Assembly (NCBI RefSeq): GCF_006345805.1
Contig: NW_021834018.1
Span: 5,583-69,582, forward strand
DNA: 64,000 nt
Origin: Octopus sinensis
Taxonomy: Eukaryota
Direction: 5' to 3'
The notes beneath the pieces were generated by a model that was not told the origin of the DNA, searched no databases, and worked only from the letters and a program-made list of their open reading frames with translations. The position numbers were made by a program, and so were the translations under genes. Numbering within the stretch: position 1 is the first letter of the stretch; each line of letters starts with the position of its first letter. Of the stretch, positions 39,663-52,355 are shown in pieces.

Positions 39663-40156
39663 CATGGAAAAATGCGAGCATGAAATGCAATATTCTTAAG
39701 ATTATAAACCTGGGAAAGTACAGGACAAGTTATTACACTTGTAAAAGTATAAGACAAAATAAAAAAAAAAGATACTTTTTTCTTAAAATATTGCAGCAAA
39801 GAATGCCAGTTCTAATTTATCACTCTTTTCAGTTCTCATCTTTTAAATTTATTGTACAAAACTGTTCAGCTGATTGGTAAGTTTGTCTAATTAGTGACTT
39901 TTTTCTGTATTTAAGGTAGTAAATTAGCTAAATTGTACTTAAATAAGTATAGTGTTATTTGTAAACTATAATAAAATAAGTTTTAATATTCAAATTTTAA
40001 TTTAAGCAGCAACATTTTAAGTAAATGTTTCTTTTTCTTTACTTTACTAGAAGTTATAGCTTGTCCTATACTTTTCCAGGTGTAATAACTTGTCCTGTAG
40101 TTTTCCAGGTTTATAATATTAACAATATTACTTTACATACTCGCATTTTTTCCATG
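39663..40156. mobile_element. MITE-like element with ~95-bp inverted arms
   Basis: 39663-39756 (CATGGAAAAATGCGAG...AAACCTGGGAAAGTACAGGACAAGTTATTACAC..GTAAAAGTATA.GACA) is an imperfect reverse complement of 40062-40156. Confidence 0.85.
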
Positions 40157-41325
40157 TGGTCCATGATTTTTCCAGGCATTGAAGTTATAAGATAATTAGC
40201 AATGTGTCAATTAATAATTTAAGATTTTACCTAATCAAACACTAAAAGATAATATTTCAATTTTTCTATGTAAGTGATGATAATATTTCAATTTTTTTCA
40301 TATTTAATTTAAATATATGCTGTTATTAAATTATTTGATATCACCCACCCACTCCATATTAATGGCAAGGAATTTTACCATGTTGTTGTTTGCACCATGG
40401 CTCACCAAAAGTTGCAAACAACAAGAGCCAAAGCCCGAAACCACCACTTACCAGGCTCACCTTCAGTAACTTAATTTTGCAACATTAGGAGGTCACAGGA
40501 ATTCATTCAACGCAAAAAAAATTTCCAATGATTCGGGGATTGGGGGGGGGGCAGCTCCCTCATTTTTTCCAAACTAAAATAAGGGATTTGCAGTATATGA
40601 GGAGGTCAGGGGCCACACGATCATTGTATGTAATGCCCTAGATTATCCCTGAATTTGTCCATTGTCACTCTGTAACTTCTGACGAAATAACTTCTAAAAT
40701 ACAAAATTTTGTCAAAAACGTTATGAGTTTAACCCTGTTCTATGTGACACATTCTACTAGTATCGAAATTATGAAAGCGTTTAGTTAAAAAAAAAAAATA
40801 ACTAATTTATACGTTAAAGTTTTACCTCGGCGAAATTTGAACTCAAAACTTAAAGGAAGAGGGAATATCGTTAAGTACCAGTTTCGCACTGGGGTCGATG
40901 TAATCGACTTAATCCCTTTGTCTGTCCTTGTTTGTCCTCTCTATGTTTAGCCCCTTGTGGGCAATAAAGAAATATATATGATTAAAAGTAGGACAATGAG
41001 AATAATTGCTCAGCACCACATTGGAGGATAGAAATTCTTTATTTGTATATTAAGGTTACCATTGGTTTCATGTTAAGAAAATGCATTAATATCTTATTGT
41101 GCATGTGCGTCTGTGCGCGCGCGCGCGTCTGTATGTATGTTTCTGTGTGTGTATGTGCGTGAGTATGTTTATGTATGTCATGTAAGTTTACATGTGGATG
41201 TATATATTTAGGCTTGACTGTACGTATACTTGTATGTACCATTTTACATCTAACTGCACAAGAACTCGTGTGCGTATATATATATATATAGTCGAAATTT
41301 ACAGAGCAACAAACGACGAAGACAC

Positions 41326-41399
<74 letters not shown>

Positions 41400-41411
<12 letters not shown>

Positions 41412-42740
41412 TATATATATACATATGTATATATCATTCGCCATGATAGATCGCTAGCCGCTACACATTCTATACTTCCTCTCCTTGTTTCTTTCGGTGT
41501 TCCTTCCTGTGGAAGAGCGTAGGCTCGAAACGTTAAAGACTGTTTCACCTCCCGAGCGTTATACATCTGTTTGTTGTCTACACCACCTGTCTTCGACTTT
41601 TGTTTATTTGCGAATTCTTCCTATACACACACACATATATATATATATATACACACACATATATATATATATGTGTGTTTGTGCGTTTGTATTCCGGAAT
41701 ATGAGTGTATGCACTCGTGTCTTTGTGCGTGCGTGTATTTGTGGTCATGCACTCAGAGATATTGTACATGCGTATGTGTGTATATATATACATTTATACA
41801 TATATAACCATCTAAAATGTATATCTGTATGTATGTATATATATGTGTGTATGCATGTATATATATATGTATATGTATGTGTTTGTATGCATGTATGTCT
41901 GTATGAATACACTGTCCTATGTTCGAACTAGTTTACTGTTACCTTGTATATAACACGTATGTATGTAGAAAGGAGAAAAACAAATATATAAAATGGCACC
42001 CCGTTCCCCCCTTATCTTCCAATAAACAAATTTATTAAACTGAGCCTCTATTGTTGTCCTTCTTGTTTCTGTTGTTGCTATTGTTGTTGCTGTATATTTT
42101 ATTTTTCTCTTTATCCATTTATTTATTTATTTGTTTTATTTTATTTATTTATCTTTTTTTTCCTATGAATGTTTCTTCTGTTTAAAGATATAAAGTAGTG
42201 AAACAAGAACAAGAACAAGATGAACAACAACGATAATAGCAGGATCAGCAACATATAAAGAGGCATAAAGGAAGAAAGAAAACAAGATTTTTAAAATTTG
42301 AATAAAGGAAGAAAAGAACGATTATCTTGAATATACGATGAAAATGATAGTTAAATAGCTGAATAAGAAAGAAGATGTAGAGAAAGAAAAAGAAGGAAAA
42401 AAATAGATGTGATTGTTTGAGTTGTTTTAATGCATTCTTTCCCATTATCTATGTGTTTTGTTGCTTTTTGTCTTTTTTGTATAAGAACTGTTGCTAATCA
42501 GACATGACGGCTACCCCGTGTGTATTTTGTACACTCTGAAATTCCATATACTGTAAAACATAAAACAGAATTAACAAAAAATACTGTCGTCTTTGTCTAT
42601 TGTAAAGGCAGGGTTATGACGTCCTGTTCAGAAATAAAGACGATAAGTAGTGCAATTACTTGAAATGAATAATGAAACAAAACAGACAAACCCTGAACAT
42701 ATATATAAATATATATATATATATATTATATATATACATA
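41400..42740. repeat. Tandem duplication, copy 1 (~1341 bp)
   Basis: Near identical to 42741-44062; the same 66-aa minus ORF appears at 42245 and 43586 (offset 1341). Confidence 0.95.
41434..41625 (+). mobile_element. Family H repeat (Penelope-like tail), also duplicated at 42778-42970
   Basis: GAAGAGCGTAGGCTCGAAACGT motif with downstream CCCGAGCG...TGTTTGTTGT...; related copies at 56865-57060 (+) and 60060-60170 (-). Confidence 0.7.
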
Positions 42741-44062
42741 TATATATATATAATATATATATATACATATGTATATATCATTCGCCATGATAGATCGCTA
42801 GCCGCTACACATTCTATACTTCCTCTCCTTGTTTCTTTCGGTGTTCCTTCCTGTGGAAGAGCGTAGGCTCGAAACGTTAAAGACTGTTTCACCTCCCGAG
42901 CGTTATACATCTGTTTGTTGTCTACACCACCTGTTTTTGACTTTTGTTTATTTGCGAATTCTTCCTATACACACACACACATATATATATACATATACAC
43001 ACACATATATATATATATGTGTGTTTGTGCGTTTGTATTCCGGAATATGAGTGTATGCACTCGTGTCTTTGTGCGTGTATTTGTGGTCATGCACTCAGAG
43101 ATATTGTACATGCGTATGTGTGTATATATATACATTTATACATATATAACCATCTAAAATGTATATCTGTATGTATGTATATATATGTGTGTATGCATGT
43201 ATATATATATGTATATGTATGTGTTTGTATGCATGTATGTCTGTATGAATACACTGTCCTATGTTCGAACTAGTTTACTGTTACCTTGTATATAACACGT
43301 ATGTATGTAGAAAGGAAAAAACAAATATATAAAATGGCACCCCGTTCCCCCCTTATCTTCCAATAAACAAATTTATTAAACTGAGCCTCTATTGTTGTCC
43401 TTCTTGTTTCTGTTGTTGCTATTGTTGTTGCTGTATATTTTATTTTTCTCTTTATCCATTTATTTATTTATTTGTTTTATTTTATTTATTTATCTTTTTT
43501 TTCCTATGAATGTTTCTTCTGTTTAAAGATATAAAGTAGTGAAACAAGAACAAGAACAAGATGAACAACAACGATAATAGCAGGATCAGCAACATATAAA
43601 GAGGCATAAAGGAAGAAAGAAAACAAGATTTTTAAAATTTGAATAAAGGAAGAAAAGAACGATTATCTTGAATATACGATGAAAATGATAGTTAAATAGC
43701 TGAATAAGAAAGAAGATGTAGAGAAAGAAAAAGAAGGAAAAAAATAGATGTGATTGTTTGAGTTGTTTTAATGCATTCTTTCCCATTATCTATGTGTTTT
43801 GTTGCTTTTTGTCTTTTTTGTATAAGAACTGTTGCTAATCAGACATGACGGCTACCCCGTGTGTATTTTGTACACTCTGAAATTCCATATACTGTAAAAC
43901 ATAAAACAGAATTAACAAAAAATACTGTCGTCTTTGTCTATTGTAAAGGCAGGGTTATGACGTCCTGTTCAGAAATAAAGACGATAAGTAGTGCAATTAC
44001 TTGAAATGAATAATGAAACAAAACAGACAAACCCTGAACATATATAAATATATATATATATA
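42741..44062. repeat. Tandem duplication, copy 2
   Basis: As copy 1; differs by a few substitutions and microsatellite-length changes; boundaries fall in (TA)n tracts and are approximate. Confidence 0.95.
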
Positions 44063-44462
44063 TAACACGTTTTTTCTGTTTGTGTTGAAATTCTGGTTTA
44101 TGGAAATTATAGCATATATTTTAAAAAGAATTCTGGGTTGATTATAAAGTCTACTTTATTCGTATACTTATAAAGTTTATCTTTAGGTAAATCACTACAG
44201 GGTCTCTATTGATAAAACTTGAATTGTCGTTGGATTTCTACGCGCGTTATATAGATTGCAAATATTGTCACAATATTGACCAGGTTTTGACCTGTTAATC
44301 GTTTTAGCCATGAAAGCTATCTTAAACTATATTTTCCATTCATTTCCTGCGTTGTTCGTCCAAAAGTTAATTCTAGTGTCATATATGAGCAAGCCTTATT
44401 AACTTATATAGTTTACCATCAACTGGACCACTCTTCAGGATAAAACGCTTATGTAATTATAA

Positions 44463-44692
44463 CTATTTCTTTATTACCCACAAGGGGCTAAACACAGAGG
44501 TGACAAACAAGGACAGACATAGGTATTAAGTCGATTACATCGACCCCAGTGCGTAACTGGTACTTAACTTATCGACCCCGAAAGGATGAAAGGCAAAGTC
44601 GACATCGGCGGAATTTGAACTCAGAACGTAACGCAGACGAAATACCGTTAAACATCTCGCCCGCCGTGCTAACGTTTCTGCCAGCTCGCCGC
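44463..44692 (-). mobile_element. Family B SINE, full length, 15-bp TSD
   Basis: TSD CTTATGTAATTATAA at 44448-44462 and 44693-44707. Confidence 0.95.
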
Positions 44693-44709
44693 CTTATGTA
44701 ATTATAATG

Positions 44710-44900
44710 TGAAGTCGATTGACCTAGTGGTTAGTGAGTTGCACTCACGATGTAGTGATCTTGGGTTCAAATTCGGGACAGAGTGGCACGTTGAGCCCTT
44801 GAGCAAAACAAGTCTTTTAACGCTGATTCAGTCCAGACAGCCGTAAATGGGCAATCCTGCGACGGGCTAGCCTTTCGTTCATGGAAATCACTCGATGCTA
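44710..44900 (+). mobile_element. Diverged tRNA-headed SINE
   Basis: GTGAAGTCG...CCTAGTGGTTAG...GGGTTCAAATTC head, CCTTGAGCAA, CCTGCGACGGGCTAGC body. Confidence 0.55.
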
Positions 44901-45100
44901 AAACGAAGTAAAGCGCATTGTGACCATCGATGTATAACACCATGCGTTAGTCTGGTCGATCACGCAATTACATGATATCTAATGCAGTGCTTCTCAAAAT
45001 TTCGGAATGGCATTTCATTAATATCCCCTCTCAACACGCACGTGCGCGCGCACACACACACACAAACACACACACACAAAAGAAGAAGAAAACCAGGTTA

Positions 45101-45284
45101 TACAGTCCTATATTTAAGAGATGGGGAATTATGTACATTATTTACATTGTTTACATTTGACGGATATTTGTCCTCATCTTGTTTGTTGTTAACACAATGT
45201 TTCGGCTGATATTCTCTCCAGCCTTCATCAGGTGTCTTGGGGGAAATTAGTAGACTGCGCTCTTAACCACTACACCATATGCCC
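45101..45284 (-). mobile_element. tRNA-headed SINE, family F, internally deleted, with hammerhead-like 3' module
   Basis: Minus strand GGGCATATGGTGTAGTGGTTAAGAGCG...CTACTAA fused to CCCAAGACAC-CTGATGA-A-GGCTG(10 nt)CAGCC-GAAA-CATT-GTGTT. Confidence 0.8.
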
Positions 45285-45352
45285 GTGGCGTAGTAGTTAA
45301 GAGCGTGGAGGTACTAACCCCAAGATTCCGAGTTCGAATCCAGGCAGTGACT

Positions 45353-45397
<45 letters not shown>

Positions 45398-45556
45398 TAA
45401 TAATAATAATAATTATAACATCGAAAAATATCCTAGGAATGAGAACCCAGGTACGAAATTTCCTCAAGACACCTGATGAAGGCTGGAAGGTATATCAGCC
45501 GTAACATTGTGTTAACAACAAACAAGATGGGGGAAAATATCCGTCAAATGTAAATA
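45285..45556 (+). mobile_element. Family F SINE, head-to-head with the previous copy
   Basis: TGGCGTAGTAG A-box-like, GAGTTCGAATCC B-box, (AAT)n, then GACAC-CTGATGA-A-GGCTG...CAGCC-GTAA-CATT-GTGTT at 45468-45513. Confidence 0.8.
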
Positions 45557-45691
45557 AAAAACAAGGTTATATTGCTAAAAAATATGCTAATTATGAGCAG
45601 TGGTTTATTTTCATTGTTTTTTTTTATTATGTCTCCAGCAGGTACCCCAATGTTAGACTTTTGTCTTTTGGTCTTTATAATTTAAGATTTA

Positions 45692-46025
45692 TGGAAGCAC
45701 TCCGTCGGTTACGACGACGAGGGTTCCGGTTGATCCGAATCAACGGAACAGCCTGCTCGTGAAATTAACGTGTAAGTGGCTGAGCACTCCACAGACACGT
45801 GTAGCCTAAACTTAGTTCTCGGGGATATTCAGCGTGACACAGAGAGTGACAAGGCCGGCCCTTTGAAATACAGGTACAACAGAAACAGGAAGTAAGAGTG
45901 AGAGAAAGTTGTGGTGAAAGAGTACAGCAGGGATCACCACCATACCCTGCCGGAGCCTCGTGGAGCTTTAGGTGTTTTCGCTCAATAAACACTCACAACG
46001 CCCGGTCTGGGAATCGAAACCGCGA
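45692..46025 (-). mobile_element. Family C SINE, 5' truncated
   Basis: Near identical to the reverse complement of 8590-8929. Confidence 0.9.
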
Positions 46026-46569
46026 TTAAGATTTATAACGAATCTATGTTAGACATCGGCGCCTCATCAATAATTCTTCTACTTTTTTTGATAAGATAAT
46101 GGATCGACTTACATCGTAAAACAGACAAAGAATTTTCTATTATTATCCTTGTACTTGTCTGAGTACTAGGGCACTTAACGGGTTAAGTCGAACAAATCGA
46201 CCCAGATAGTACTTGTTTTTAAATTCGATATCTATTCTATCAGCCGCATTTGGCGAACTGCTAAGGTCGTAAACAATCAAGCACAGGTTGTCAAGCGGAA
46301 CTAAACTCAGGTTGTCACGTAAAACTAAAAATACAGAAGCAAAGTAAGCAACTGGAGTGGGTTGAAATCAAAACGAAAAAAAAATGCCGAATCAAATGCT
46401 GCAGAGCTTCTAGTCCGTAACTTTTAAAGTTCAATGTAATCTACTATCATGGATTGGTAGTTTTTTATCGATCAGGAAAGGATGAAACACAAAACTGACT
46501 TGGACTAAGTAACTCCTTAGAAATAACGCAAGACATTGTATGCGATACTTGAATGACTTAGCAAATTTG

Positions 46570-46592
46570 CATCCACCACCACCACCACCACC

Positions 46593-46636
<44 letters not shown>

Positions 46637-46999
46637 CACTACTACCATTACTACTACTACTACTACTACTACAACCACTACCACAAATACTACTACTACT
46701 ACTGCTGCTGCTACTACTACTATTACTACAACTACTACTACTACTACTACTGCTACTACTGCTGATGCTACTACTACTACTACTACTACTACTGCTGCTA
46801 CTGCTGCTACTACTACTACTACCTCAACTACAGTAGTAGTAGTAGTAGTAGTAGTAGCAGCAGCATTAGTAATACTACTAGTAGTAGTAGCAGCAACAAT
46901 ACTACGAAGCAATAGTAGCAATAACAATAGCAGTGGAAACGGCAGTTGCAGCAGCAGCAGCAGTATTATTATTATTATTACTATTATTATTATTATTAT

Positions 47000-47030
<31 letters not shown>

Positions 47031-47105
47031 TGTGTTGCTGGTGGTGGTGGTGGTGGTGGTGGTAGTAGTAGTAGTGGGAGTAGTAGTAGTAGTAGTAGTA
47101 GTAGT
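46570..47105. repeat. Compound trinucleotide microsatellite, (CCA/CTA)n then (GTA/GTG)n
   Basis: Directly visible. Confidence 0.95.
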
Positions 47106-47429
47106 CGACATCTATTACATTTAGTCATTATAAACCGGTGAAGGAACAATCATCAGTCAGAGAATCAATTTCGGATTTATTAATATTTTATATCTGTCAA
47201 CGTCAGCCAATGTAATTTAAAGATTCCACTGCCCACATATATGTTGCCAACATCATCATGTAATGTATAATTTATGAGAAAATTGAACGAAACTTTGGCT
47301 ATATTTAGTAAAATGATATATGAAAATGTTCATAAATAAAAGAATTGTTGAATTATAAATGATTTAACAACTTATACTGAAAGCTGCTACGAAATAAAAT
47401 ACTGGATGAAAAAGGAAGTTGTTGGAGAT

Positions 47430-47481
<52 letters not shown>

Positions 47482-47814
47482 AGAAAGAGAGAGAGAACAT
47501 TTTTGAGTGTGGGGCGTAGTTTGAATATTTGATTATTCAAATACCTCAATTAGGATGTGTTGATAATTCGTATAAAAGAGGTAGTAGTAGTAGTAGTAGT
47601 AGTAGTAGCTGTTGTTGTTGTATTTGTTGTGGTTGTCGTTTAACTCAGTTCTAAGGTGAGCTCCGTCTGGTCCAGAAGACCTAAAGAGCAAACGAGTAAA
47701 AACTGCATAAGACGTGACGTCTGTACTATATTGCTAAAATTATTGGGCCTGGATGTGCCTATGGGTCAGTGTATGTCTCTAGCGTAGTCTGTGGGGGTTC
47801 TGTGTTTCTTTCTT

Positions 47815-47850
<36 letters not shown>

Positions 47851-47999
47851 TCTTTCTCTCTCCTTCTCTCTCTGTGAGCGTGCGTGTGAGGGCTTGCTGA
47901 TAGATATAACCAAAATGAAAGGAACAGAAAACCAGAAAATTCCTGAAAATAAATAAAATAAAACTTCCAAAAGAAATCATAATAGTATATTGTATTGTA

Positions 48000-48068
<69 letters not shown>

Positions 48069-48111
48069 GTCTGACTGTGTGTCTATCTGTGTGTCTGTCT
48101 GTCTGTCTGTC

Positions 48112-48318
48112 TAGCACGCCGGTCGAAACGCCTAGCCGTAATCGTCTGTCGCTACGTTCTGAGTTCGAATTCCGCCGAGGTCGACATTGCCTTTCATCCT
48201 TTCGGGGTCGATAAATTAAGTACCAGTTACGCACTGGGGTCGATATAATCGACTTAATCCGTTTGTCTGTCCTTGTTTGTCCCCTCTGTGTTTAGCCCCT
48301 TGTGGGTAGTAAAGAAAT
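48112..48318 (+). mobile_element. Family B SINE, slightly 5' truncated
   Basis: TAGCACGCCGG...GTTTAGCCCCTTGTGGGTAGTAAAGAAAT. Confidence 0.92.
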
Positions 48319-48937
48319 CTATCTATCTTTCTGTCTGTCAATCTATCTACCAACATATATATATATATATATCAGTTTGACTGTCTATCTATACGTGTAT
48401 ACACACACATATGTATATATATATATGTGTATGTATGCGTGTGTGTGTGTGCATATATACACAGAGAGCGAAAGAGCGAGATGTATATATATATATGCTT
48501 GTCCGACGTATGTATGTACAAGCGTTATGTTGTTTCAATAGTTTATTCCTTCCGCCTTCGTGTTCGAGAATGCTATGCACCTACTCTCTCCTTTACAAAT
48601 ATGTTTGGTTCCAAACGAAGGTTACGTAACTCTTTCAAATATCAACGATTTGGTATTGAAATTATTAATTGGCTAAATCAGTAGACATACTGTAGTCTAA
48701 TGGTTACCTGTGCTTTGCAACCAACGCGCTACGAGATCGAACGCACTGCATTCCATCTTCAGCAAATAACAGTTTCTATATTTTCACCTGGATTTATACG
48801 TTGTGAAGAATAGTGGGTAGATGGAAACTGCATAGAACCCTACCAGAAGGGATTTTACTTGCAATTTCAAAGGTTTATATATTCCTCACGTACTTCTCTT
48901 TGACTTTTTACTGAGAAATTAAGTTAAGGTTACATAC

Positions 48938-49055
48938 AAAAGCTTCTGGGAAACTTATCCATCTGCAGAAAATTCAGGAGCAGATAATTCAGTTGTTCCT
49001 CAAGCGCAGAACTGCTCCTCGTCGAAAGGAGAAGAGGATTTGTCCATACGCATAG
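48938..49055 (-). CDS. Weak candidate internal exon (118 nt)
   Basis: Acceptor GCTTTGTCAG, donor GTATGT, frame LCVWTNPLLLSTRSSSALEEQLNYLLLNFLQMDKFPRSF, phase-compatible with 37822-37898; a plus-strand frame is also open here, so the strand is uncertain. Confidence 0.2.
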
Positions 49056-49314
49056 CTGACAAAGCTACACACTTCTACATAATTATGGATGCATTATACA
49101 TGAAAAAACATTAAGAAGATTGAAAGCCATGCCATGTGTGTCTGCGGGCTAAAGGCAATTATGGGATCGAGTTTCACTAATTTGTGTAATAACGACAATA
49201 AATAAACACAACGTACCATCACAATATAAGCTTTCTTTATATCAGCCACCTAGACACAGTCAGGTAGTGTATATATATATATATATATATATATACAGAT
49301 AGAAAGTTTTCTCT

Positions 49315-49395
<81 letters not shown>

Positions 49396-49484
49396 GTATG
49401 TATGTATGTATATTTATATATATATATATACATATACACACAAACACATACACACACACATATATATACATGTATATATATATG

Positions 49485-49515
<31 letters not shown>

Positions 49516-49523
49516 GTGGGTGT

Positions 49524-49565
<42 letters not shown>

Positions 49566-49707
49566 GTGAGTGCGTGTGTCTTGTGCGTGCGTCCCTGTGC
49601 GTGCGTGTATGTGTGTGTGTGGTGTGTGCGTGTATATACACACATTGTAGAAATAAACGAACATGAAAATACAAAGAGCATATAGGAAGCCTTATTTTAC
49701 ATTTTTT

Positions 49708-50075
49708 GCTTATGTGCTAAGAAATTTGCTTGTCAACAACATGGATCCAGTTTCAGTCCCACTGCGTGGAACCTTCGACAAGTGTCTGCTTATACACACA
49801 CACACAAACCACACACACACACAAACACACACACCCATACACACACACACACACGCACACATATACACATCTATATCTGTATATATATGTGTTTGTTTGT
49901 GTCTGTATTTGTTTCCCCACCACCGCTTGACAGACGATGTTGGTGTGTTTTCGTCCCAGTAACTTATCTGGTTGGCAAAAAAGACAGTTAGTGTAAGTAC
50001 ACCGCTTAGACAATAAGTCTTGGTGTTGATTCATTCGATTAAAACCACCTTCCGAGATGGTGCCCCAGCATGGCT
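49708..50075 (+). mobile_element. Family A SINE, diverged
   Basis: TTCAGTCCCACTGCGTGGAACC head, microsatellite, CCCCAGCATGGC tail. Confidence 0.7.
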
Positions 50076-50350
50076 GTAATCAACTATAATCTTATTTAAC
50101 CCAGTTATGGTGACATTTTTGTGTTAAATATATTATTTTAGTAAATGATTAAGTAATTTTAACGAAAATTTGGTGAGTATTATTAAAAAATAATGTTACT
50201 ATCAAACTGTCTGGAGTGAACATTTGTTATAATAAATGCAGTTAGAAACTGTTGGAAACTGCAAGGGAATAAAAATAATTATTTAGTTCGTAAATTTTCG
50301 CATCATCCGTTTAAATATGTTGTGTTTACAGAATAAATACAAATAAACAG

Positions 50351-50413
<63 letters not shown>

Positions 50414-50739
50414 CAGACAGAGAGAGACAGAGAGAGAGAGAGACCAGTCGTTGGATATGTAGGCGTGTGTGTGCGTCTCTGCACGTACGCGAGTGTGTTA
50501 AATGAAATAAACTAACGATTCCCAGCCTGACACACACACATGAGGTAAGGTGAAGAGGGCTTAATGAAAATCCAGTGGAAATAAAATGAACATAACTGAA
50601 ATTTGCGTTATAATAAACTTAAAAGAAAGGTATGAACCAATTTCATGAACAAAGATTTTTATATAATCAAGAATAGCATCGATTGTGAACGGTGTATCGT
50701 ATATTACTGATGTATTTTATAACATATTCATTCATGGTT

Positions 50740-51345
50740 CATATTTTTTCATAAACGAATTTTCTTCATCCATTCAGGTTTCGTCTGCGGTATTAACTGC
50801 ACATTGATAAAGTGGGAAGACTGAGAATTTGGCAGATTTCGTTGCTGCGCATATGTCCAAATGTCTACTGAGTGGAATTTGTCTAGTACCGGGGTCACAT
50901 ATTTGTTGTCGATGAATTGTTAATCTCTGTCTTAATATGAGTGAGTTTGGTTTGTCCAGTGTAATTTTGTCCATCGCTGCATCCATTACATTTGAATGGA
51001 TATATTAAAATTTTTGAAGAGCAAGTAAGAGGTTTTTCGTAGTATTCAAAGTTACATGATGTGTCTCGAATAATATTGGTACACGCTCCACATTTAGATT
51101 GGCCACATTTTTTAACTGTTTGAGCAGAGTCTGTAGCTGGTAGTTTTGCCTTCTTAAGCAATTTGTTTTAGCGATTCTACGTTTGATTACATTGCTTGTT
51201 TGAAGTCTCGTTTTCATTCCTAGGTCTTGACTCTGCATCTGTGTCTTCTAATGGATAATACCAAATATTTCTGTGTTTCTTGAGTTATGCGTTGTAATTA
51301 AAAATAGTTTTGGGTGAATCTGAACTGTTTTTGTTCGTTTAAACG
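50740..51345 (-). mobile_element. Penelope-like element, GIY-YIG endonuclease region, pseudogenised
   Basis: Frames give LFLITTHNSRNTEIF...LKKAK...VKKCGQSKCGAC...LTCSSKILIYPFKCNGC...NYTGQT...HRQQICDPGTRQIPLSRHLDICA...FSVFPLYQC: Cys-rich linker followed by a GIY-YIG-like (LIY...YTGQT) motif; frameshifted. Confidence 0.88.
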
Positions 51346-52060
51346 CTTCAAGGCAGTGCTGTAGCTTGGCCACAGTACAATGCCTGAAAGAAGTAAAAGA
51401 TAGAAGATAAAAGAGATGCAGCAGAAGGGAAAGAAGAAAGAGAAACGAAAGAAGAATGAGAAGAAGAAGAAGAAGAAGAAGAAGAAGAAGAATAAGAAGA
51501 AGAATGACAACAACAACAGCAACAACTAGAAGTAAGTGGAGAAGGGCGGTGGGCGGCATTATGATTGCACATTTTTACTAAGAGAGAGAGAAACTAATGA
51601 ATTTTGAATTTTACAAATATATTGAGGTATGTACGCGGTCACATTAAGCAGGATTCATTAAAATGCCATATTGCATTAATTAACCAGATATTTATAATGC
51701 CTCAAATACCAAAACACTGGATGTCATAAAGAATAATGAGCAATAGTTGGAATTTCAAACTCCTGCTAATTGTAATGCCTTTGAGAAAGTCAAAAATTCT
51801 GGGTAGAAAGTAAAGGCGTTGTGTTTTGTTCCATTGTTAATTATGCTGGGAAAAAACAAACAATTGCTGTCCGTTTCTTTTCTTCATATGTAATGTTTTG
51901 AAGTCGGCCAGCTGGCAGACGATAAAATACTTAGCGATGGTTCTTCCGGTTTTACATTGTGAGCTGAAATTCCATTGCGGATAATGACTTTGGCTTTTCG
52001 GATCGATAATATAAATACTAGGGTCGATACAACCGATAAGTCTTTCGCACATACTTCCCT

Positions 52061-52355
52061 GTGGAGGCACATGGCCTAGTGGTTAGAGAAGCGGACTCGC
52101 GGTCGAGGGATCGCGGGTTCGAATCTCAGACCAAGTGATGTGCGTGTTTATGAGCGAAACACCTAAGCTCCAGGTGGTTCAGGCAGAAGGTAATGGCGAA
52201 CTTCTGCTGACTCTTTCGCCACAACTTTCTCTCACTCTTTCCTCCTGCGTCTTGTAGCTCACCTGCGATGGACCGGCGTCCCGTCCAGGTGGGAAACCTA
52301 TATGCCAAGGAAACCGGGAAACCAGCCTTTATCAGCCAGGCATGGCCCGAGAAGG
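52061..52355 (+). mobile_element. SINE with family C-like tRNA head but a different body
   Basis: GTGGAGGCACATGGCCTAGTGGTTAG...GGGTTCGAATC head; body CTGCGATGGACCGGCGTCCCGTCCAGG resembles the V-SINE core as I recall it (unverified). Confidence 0.75.

Noticed and set aside
42245-43786. Two identical 66-aa ORFs as a duplicated gene
   Set aside because: Low-complexity F/L-rich translation of AT-rich sequence, repeated only because of the tandem duplication.
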